The notes under the pieces are model-generated. The model saw only the letters and a program-made list of their open reading frames with translations, made no database searches and was not told the DNA's origin. Source: Trypethelium eluteriae (lineage: Eukaryota). From it: 54,415 nucleotides of DNA. The position numbers were made by a program, and so were the translations under genes. How positions within the stretch are numbered: the stretch's first letter is position 1; every line of letters starts with the position of its first letter. Shown in pieces: positions 47,047 to 54,415 of the stretch. The stretch lies in contig JAVECL010000098.1 of the NCBI GenBank assembly GCA_051942245.1, forward strand, positions 1 to 54,415, in the 5' to 3' direction.

Positions 47047-48741
47047 TCACGTATCTTTACTCCCCTTATCTACCTCCCTTTCTCTTGCCCTCACGGCCTC
47101 TAATAAACTCCCTGTTCTGGCCAAACCTCCACCCTCTGCGGAGAAAATCCTCTTCGGAATTTCCCACTCCACCACAGGCGCCTTCTTTACCTCCTTCCCC
47201 AACTCCGCTTCCACAAGGCTCGCGTACGAATGATCCAGAAAGTCCTCGAGCTGATATTCGCGCTTCGTAAACTGTTGTGCGATAATCCCTGCCAGCGTCG
47301 CGACATTGGGATGATAATGCGAGCGCAAGGTGTCGAGTTCCCAGAGACTGGATTCGAGGGCAAGAGTTTTCGTGGGATCGGGCTCGTCTGCAAGAAACGG
47401 ATCCTCGAGACTGGGGTTGTCATTGGAACTGGAGCTGGGGTGGAGGGTTTGCCATGCGAGGAAAGAGGGGTGTGGGTCTCGATGTAGCATGAAGGTGCAT
47501 TGGCGGTGGCGTTGAAGCATGTTGTAGATGAAGGGGACCACGGCTATGATGCCGGCTGGAGGAGCGGTGAGCACGAGACGGGAGAGGCGTTTGATGAAGG
47601 AGGCGACGAGGGTGGCAGGAAGATGGGTGGAAGAGAGGAAGGTATCTAGAAGGCGGAAGAAGCGTGAGCGATACTTTGAGTGGAGGATGTCGGCGTCAAT
47701 GAGGGAGTAGAGTTTCGTATAGAATTTTGGATAGTCCAGGTTTCGGGTTGTGATAAGATGAAATAGACCAGAAAGAGCGAGGAGAGACACTGCTCCCCCA
47801 ATGTCAAAAGATGTTGTGAGAAAATCCATAAGTAATTCGGGACGACTGAAGACTGGGGCTATGTGTGTTGTGACCTTATTTAGAACAGCTTTGCGCTGGG
47901 GTCTTGTCAAAGGCTGGCGGAGTAAGGAGAGCCATGCATCCTGAGCAGCTTTCTTGTGTGCGTTACTCGACCGTAGGACATGTTTTGGGGGTGGAGAACC
48001 AGCCAAGAAATCAGTGATATCTTCCGAAGATGGGAAAGGACCTTCCATTCTCATCAGAATCTCCAGACTATGGTCAACGAGTGCCTTGATATCCACTTCT
48101 TTCCCCTTATCCGTTCTACCCAGAATACGCATTATACCAAGCAATGTGAAGAATCTCACATCGTCATATTCATCCACATATTTCTCCACCAATTCTTCCC
48201 TTGCAAGGCTCGACTGAGCACTGGAGAGCAAGGTCTGTAGGAGGTCGCAGAAGAGCCCAGTTCGCCATATATTCTCATCTTTGCTCGCAGACTCTTTGAC
48301 AAGACGCATAGTCAACACCATAGCTGTGCTTTGTTTTGACTCGTCCGAGTCTCTCATCATTGCTTGCAGGTGTTGGGTGTATTCTGCATATTTTGCCCTT
48401 AACCAGTCTATAACAGTGACCTCATTTTCTGGCATCCCCTTTGCTTTGGTCATGTCTCCAGCTGCCGTAAGCCTACAGAAGACTCTACAAAGCGCAACAG
48501 CTGCGGTGGTAGTCTCCTCATCAGTCTGTGTCTCGTTACAGATCACGAGCAACGAGGCTATGTTGTTGTAGTTCCTACGCGACTCGAGTATCTCGGTCTC
48601 CAGGAGAAGGATGGCATCTTTCGAGTCTTGAGTAACCGCTTTGGCGCTGGTCCTGGGGTTTTCGGTTGATTTGTGTGCTTTCGTCGCATCGTGAGGTAAT
48701 TTTCTCTTTTGGCCGGCGACTGAACCTACTGCATGGGGCAT
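47047..48741 (-). CDS. NOC4: Nucleolar complex protein 4 (CBF/Mak21 domain, 40S biogenesis)
   Basis: 564-aa ORF with PELLMDFLT, NLDYPKFYTKLYSL, SSTHLPATLVASFIKRLSR, SSLWEL, HYHPNVATLA and EDFLDHSY. Confidence 0.93.
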   Translation of the reverse strand: MPHAVGSVAGQKRKLPHDATKAHKSTENPRTSAKAVTQDSKDAILLLETEILESRRNYNNIASLLVICNETQTDEETTTAAVALCRVFCRLTAAGDMTKAKGMPENEVTVIDWLRAKYAEYTQHLQAMMRDSDESKQSTAMVLTMRLVKESASKDENIWRTGLFCDLLQTLLSSAQSSLAREELVEKYVDEYDDVRFFTLLGIMRILGRTDKGKEVDIKALVDHSLEILMRMEGPFPSSEDITDFLAGSPPPKHVLRSSNAHKKAAQDAWLSLLRQPLTRPQRKAVLNKVTTHIAPVFSRPELLMDFLTTSFDIGGAVSLLALSGLFHLITTRNLDYPKFYTKLYSLIDADILHSKYRSRFFRLLDTFLSSTHLPATLVASFIKRLSRLVLTAPPAGIIAVVPFIYNMLQRHRQCTFMLHRDPHPSFLAWQTLHPSSSSNDNPSLEDPFLADEPDPTKTLALESSLWELDTLRSHYHPNVATLAGIIAQQFTKREYQLEDFLDHSYASLVEAELGKEVKKAPVVEWEIPKRIFSAEGGGLARTGSLLEAVRAREREVDKGSKDT

Positions 48742-48964
48742 GTCTGTACTAGATAGGTGTCGGAGGGCTTTAGGAAAGCTTAAGATACGGTCTGAAGTGC
48801 TTGGAAGCCTTCCAATTACATGGACGATACGCAGAGAAATTGGTGGGTATGCAAATTCCTGCCGGGGGTCCAGGTTTGGCTTAGCGTGAGCCTCCCTCCC
48901 TCAAAGCACCTCAAGCTCCAGCAACGTCTAGCAACAATCTCCGTTCGATCACAACCCCAACATC

Positions 48965-49893
48965 ATGGCATCTCGTCTCGCAAGAAGCGCGATGGGTGAG
49001 GAAATCCTTCTGAAGACTTATGATCAAGCCATTGACCAATCGAATGATCTTGCATAGGCGCTGCCCGATTACGACCAACTATCCCAGCGACCCGCGCCCT
49101 TCCTGCTGCCACTACTTCATTCGCTACCTCTGCTGCCAAATATCAACCTGAGCAGCCTCAAACACCCGTCGAGGATCCTGCGAAAAAGGCAAGGTCAATT
49201 CTTGATTCTCTGCCGGGCAGCAACCTCCTCTCCAAGACAGCCATTTTGTCCGCTGGTGCCGGTCTTTCCATCGCCGCTATTAGCAACGAGCTCTATGTTG
49301 TCAACGAGGAGTCAATCGTCATGATCAGTTTGTTTACGATCTATTGGGCTGTAGCGCACTATGGAGGGCCTTTGTACAAAGATTGGGCAGAAAGTACGGG
49401 CAATAAGATCAAGGGAATTCTAAATGCCGCCAGGCAGGACCATACTGAAGCCGTGAAGGCCAGGATTGACAACGTGAAGGACTTGGGCGGTGTAATTGAC
49501 ATAACTAAGAACCTTTTTGAGGTGTCAAAGGTTGGTGTCCAAGCCGTTGTCGGGCTTAGACTGCCGCATGAGTACATTTTCTAACGCTTGGAGCAGGAAA
49601 CCGCAAGGCTAGAGGCTCAGGCATATGAGTTGGAGCAAAAAACTGCTCTCGCTTCAGAGGCCAAAAGCGTGCTGGACTCGTGGGTGAGGTATGAGGGACA
49701 AGTCAAGGCAAGGCAGCAAAGGGAATTGGCCGAAAGCATCATTGGGAAGATCGAGAAGGAACTGGAAGATCCCAAAGTTTTGCAACGTATTTTGAACCAA
49801 AGCGTGCAGGATGTAGAGAGTAAGGCGCCTATCTCTCTAGAAACCGGAGACGTATGCTAACCCATTCCAGGAATCGTGAGCGCCAAATCATAG
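48965..49893 (+). CDS. ATP4: Mitochondrial F1F0 ATP synthase subunit b (subunit 4)
   Basis: Presequence MASRLARSAM, three introns, and motifs ISNELYVVNEE, LFEVSKETA and KSVLDSWVRYE. Confidence 0.95.
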
Positions 49894-50586
49894 AAGAGCA
49901 AAATCTATCAATATCTTGCCGCAATAGATCAAATAGCCGGTAGCCTGTCACATAGTCTCATTACGTCTGTAGAACCAGCATTACATTTGACTTCGAGCCC
50001 AGATTGATTTGAGACAGCGCCACGAGGACGAGTTCTAATGACCTCAAGACAGGACAATTGATCAACGAGAATATGTCGTGATTGGTGAGGAGAATGCATA
50101 TGCAGATTGATAGATTGGCCGCCATACTCCTTTTGCTGACTAGGAGGATATCTGTCTACATCACCAAGTTCTCGCTCAAGCAAGCCTCAGTCCGGCTTGA
50201 CGGGTAATTGTGGATTGTGCAGTATGCGATCATCTCAGTACAGAAAGTGATTCCAAAAGCGCGCAGGGGAATATCTTCGCGGGTAACTTGAGAATTCTGG
50301 TAGTACAGAAGGACCTGTGAATATAAATAAGAGACTTAGTCTAGAAATTGGGGCGTTCCTAAGGAAATAATACCACCATAGCTAGTATTGTAACCTTACC
50401 TAAGAGGTACCTTACACATCCTGAAGCACGTGGTTTCATGTTACTTTCGGGACTAGCGCATCGGAGTCCCGTCGATACGGAACAGGGGTGCCTTACGTCA
50501 GGCCAGTTACAGCCGCCGCGGCGCCATCATACAGCTGGCCGGTATCATGTCTCGTTTTCCAATGCTACAGCTTCACCACCATAACG

Positions 50587-53500
50587 ATGAAGAATCGGTT
50601 AGCCATACTCTGCGCCCTGCTGGCGCTAGGGCTGTCCTTTGTTTTGGCCAAGGACGATGAGAAGGCGGGTCCCGAGATAACCAAGACTAAATTCCCAGGG
50701 CTCATAGTCAATATCCGTTACTTTGACGACTCCAACGTTGTTACCGCCACCGATATAGAACACAATACCGTACATCGATCTACCGATGGAGGGAAGTCAT
50801 GGCATATTGTCAAGGACATCGCTGAAGGGGAGGCTCAGGCAATCATTCATCACCCGTTCAACAACAAGGTCGCAGTATGTCTAGGTAGCAGGCAGACGCA
50901 TTGGATCACAACAAATCAGGGAGAGACATGGACATCATTCAAGAGCCGAGGAGACCCAAACCTCGCAATCCCACCCCTGAGTTTCCACGCCGACGACCCA
51001 GACAAGATTATTCTCAACACTCGAAATTGCGAAGAAATTATCTGCGAGGATATTGCAATCTATACCACGGATGGATTTCAGACTGAGCCAAAGGAACTCA
51101 AAGAGGGGTCATCGATGTGTATCTGGGCCCGTACACAGAAGCTCTTCTCGACCGGAGACAAGAAAAAAGACGCTGATCAAACGCTTTGTATCGTCCCTGG
51201 TAGATTCTCGCTATGGAAAACAGACTTCAGACTCCTTACATCAACGGATTACTTCAACAAGGATGAAGTCGAGCCTGGAATGGAAAACAACCGTCCTGTT
51301 ACGGGCCTAGCCACTATCGCCAGTGTGAAGGGGTACATTGTTGCTGCTGCAAGATCCGAATTCACCGCCGAGATGAGCCTTTACGTCACCACCGATGCAG
51401 AAAATTGGCAAAGAGCACGGTTTGGAGATCAAGCAGTCGAGCAGGATGCCTACACAATTCTAGAGTCCACGAATTACAGCATTCAGGTTGATGTCATGAC
51501 CTCCCTACGCAATCTTCCCATGGGATCGCTATTCACAAGCAACTCCAGAGGAACGTATTTCTCAAAGAATATTGAGCACGTCAATCGGAATCCCAGAGGC
51601 TATGTTGACTTTGAGAAGGTCCAGAATATCCAGGGCATTGTGATGGTCAACTTGGTGGACAATTGGAAAGAAATTGGAAACGGTGTACAAGACGGAAAGA
51701 AAATCAAGAGTCGGATCAGTTTTGACGATGGGAGATCGTTTCATGAGATGAAGGTGGATAAGGAACCATTGCATCTACATGGGGTAACAGACCAACACAA
51801 CAGCGGAAGAGTCTACTCAAGTCCCGCACCAGGATTGGTCATGGGAAATGGCAACACCGGAAAATTTCTTGGTGACAGGGCGCACGCTGCTCTGTACGTA
51901 TCCGACGATGCTGGGTTCACTTGGAGAAAGGCACTCAACAACAACCACATGTATGAGTTCGGTGACCAAGGCTCTCTTATCGTAGTCGCGGCCGACAAAC
52001 CCGACTTGAAGCGCATCGGATACTCGCTGAACCATGGTAAGGACTGGGAGTGGAAAAATTTCGACGGGTTCACTATTCGGCCCTTGCAGCTTACAACAGT
52101 TCCTGATTCAACCAGCAGAAAGTTCATCCTTTACGCTGAAGAAGGTCGTGGAGATGATGCAAAACATGTCATCATTCACCTAGACTTCGACAAACTTCAT
52201 GAAAAGAAGTGCAAGAAGGATGACTTTGAGAAATGGTGGGCTAGGGTTGATAAAAAGGGGGATGCGACTTGTATCATGGGACACAAGCAGTGGTATCATC
52301 GACGAAAAGCGGATGCTGACTGTTTCGTCAAAGACGAAGACTTCAACGAACCTGAGCCAGAGTTCGAAGATTGCCCTTGCGCAGACGAAGACTTTGAGTG
52401 TGACGAGGGCTTTGAAAGGACTGACGATGGCGAGAAATGCGAGCCGATTGAACCTTTGACGCCACCTGCGGATTCATGCGAAAATGGGAAAGGGACTTTC
52501 ATGGGCAAGTCTGGATGGCGAAAGATACCAGGCAACACATGTGACCTGAAGAAAGGCGTCGACAAGGCTAAAGAAGTTGAACGTCCTTGCGAGGATACCG
52601 TCAAGAAGCCAGCTAGCAACAAAATCACGCATACTACGAACTCGTTTCGGGCAAGTACTTTTCGCGAATTTTACTATCTGGAGCACAAAGAAGGTCATGA
52701 CGAGACAGTTGTTATGCGTACCGACCGACGGGAAGTTTTTATTACTAGAGATCACGGCAAGAACTGGGATCTAATCCTTGAGAAGGACAAAGTCGAGGCC
52801 ATCTATCCGCATCAGTACTTCCACGAAACGGTCTATTTCATTACGCCCAGTCGGAAGGTATTCTACTCGCACGATCGGGGAGTAAATCTTCATTCGTTCG
52901 AGGCACCTGATGTTCCAAATCTAGAACGCGTCGAGTATTTGCGCTTCCATCCCGAGGAGCGAGACTGGCTTATTTGGACAGGCGCCAAGAATTGTCAATA
53001 CGGATTTGGTGAAGACTGCCACACGATTGCACATGTTTCGCAGAAGAACGGCGACGAGTGGAAGACCTTGCTTCCGTTTGTCCGTAAATGTGTCTTCGCT
53101 ACGTCAGAGATTCGTCGCGATAGCGAACAATTAGTCTATTGTGAGCAATATCAGGATGAAAACACAGACGGGTCACTTCAGCTAGTATCAAGCAAAGATT
53201 GGTTTGCTCACAAGAATGTCACTTTCACGGATGTCGTCGAGTTTGCCACAATGTCTGAGTATATCATTGTCGCCACAAGAGATAAGGACGAAAAGAGTCT
53301 GAGGGTCGATGCAAGTATCAATGGCAAGGACTTCGCGAACGCTCAATTTCCGCTCAACTTCCAGGTTGCCCATCAACAAGCTTACACTGTGCTTGATAGC
53401 TCTACTCATGCAGTGTTTCTTCACGTCACTGTCAACAACATCAAGCATCGCGAATATGGAACTATCTTGAAAAGCAACAGCAACGGAACATCTTATGTCA

Positions 53501-54415
53501 CGAGTATTTCTGCTGTCAGCCGGAACACGCAGGGCTATGTGGACTTTGAAAAGATGCGTGGTCTGGAAGGTGTCGCCATTGTCAATGTAGTGGCCAACGT
53601 GAAGGATACCGATGACGGGGAAAACAAACAACTCAGGACGAAAATCACACATAATGACGGTGCCGACTGGACTTATCTCACTCCTCCTGAAGAAGATTCA
53701 GAGGGCAAACCCTATGAAGATTGCAAGCAAGGAGATAAAGAAGGCTGCTCTCTGCATTTGCACGGCTATACAGAGCGCAAGGACCCTCGGCGCGCATATT
53801 CATCACCCTCTGCTGCCGGTATCATGATTGGAATTGGGAACGTTGGTGACCAACTTACATCACGATCGAAAGGTAATACGTTCATTACCACAGACGGCGG
53901 TGTCAAATGGAGAGAGGTTATGAAAGGTGCCTTCATGTGGGAGTATGGTGATTCAGGCTCTATCATTGTCCTCGTCGCAGAGGAGGAGCCCACAAACATC
54001 ATCTACTACACGCTTGATCAAGGCGAGAGCTGGCAAAAGTACAAATTCAGTGATGAAGGAGAGGTTATCGTTTCAGATATCAGCAGTGTCCCTAGTGACA
54101 TGTCAAGGAACTTCTTGCTTTGGGGTAAAGAAGCTGGCTCAAATGGAGATCTAGTCACCGTCAATCTCGACTTTACTGGTCTGACCAATAAACAATGCGA
54201 ATTGAACAGAGAAAATCCGGACGCCGGGAACAGCGACTTCGACCTTTGGCAACCCAAGCATCCCATGCAGAAGGACGACTGTCTATTTGGCCACGTTGCC
54301 CAATACTACCGTAAAAAACCAGACCGCAAATGTTACGTCGGCCGCTTGGATGAGAAGCTACACAACATTGCCTCGAACTGCACTTGCACCCGGCAAGACT
54401 TCGAGTGGTAAGTTC
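50587..54415 (+). CDS. VPS10: Vacuolar protein sorting receptor Vps10/Pep1 (partial, continues past the window)
   Basis: Signal peptide MKNRLAILCALLAL, two Vps10 domains with BNR repeats (STDGGKSW, SDDAGFTW, THNDGADW, TTDGGVKW) and Cys-rich 10CC modules. It ends at donor GTAAGT at the window edge. Confidence 0.96.

Noticed and set aside
50488..50586. Extra 33 N-terminal residues on VPS10 in the ORF track
   Set aside because: They begin at GTG. The ATG at 50587 directly precedes a typical signal peptide.

Overview
Genomic DNA from a filamentous ascomycete, shown by GT-AG introns with CTRAC branch sites, RIP-type C>T/G>A decay and a Zn2Cys6 regulator. It has three zones. (1) About 1-12 kb is a decaying accessory region with transposon relics and three pseudogenes; one of them is broken by a clean 250-bp internal inversion bounded by 8-bp inverted repeats. 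(2) About 12.5-39.7 kb is a secondary-metabolite cluster with no PKS, NRPS or terpene synthase. It encodes an aromatic amino acid ammonia-lyase (His-Leu, TAL-like signature, shielding domain apparently missing), a DMATS prenyltransferase, a UbiA/COQ2 prenyltransferase, a dead cupin, a Zn2Cys6 factor, a P450 with an atypical AGGDNT I-helix, a salicylate-hydroxylase-like FMO, an FMO fused to a hydrophobic C-terminal domain, and a tandem SnoaL protein. The fused FMO reads through only if a nested [D1,2] stwintron is spliced. A full-length RIP-mutated Ty1/copia element with a GTTAG target-site duplication sits inside the cluster. The gene set resembles 4-hydroxybenzoate-derived prenyl/enyne hydroquinone pathways (siccayne/asperpentyn/iso-A82775C type) but with different tailoring genes. 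(3) About 40-54 kb holds a hypothetical gene, a beta-lactamase-family pseudogene, an acid sphingomyelinase and the housekeeping genes NOC4, ATP4 and VPS10 (cut by the window end). All family calls come from motifs read by eye; no searches were run.
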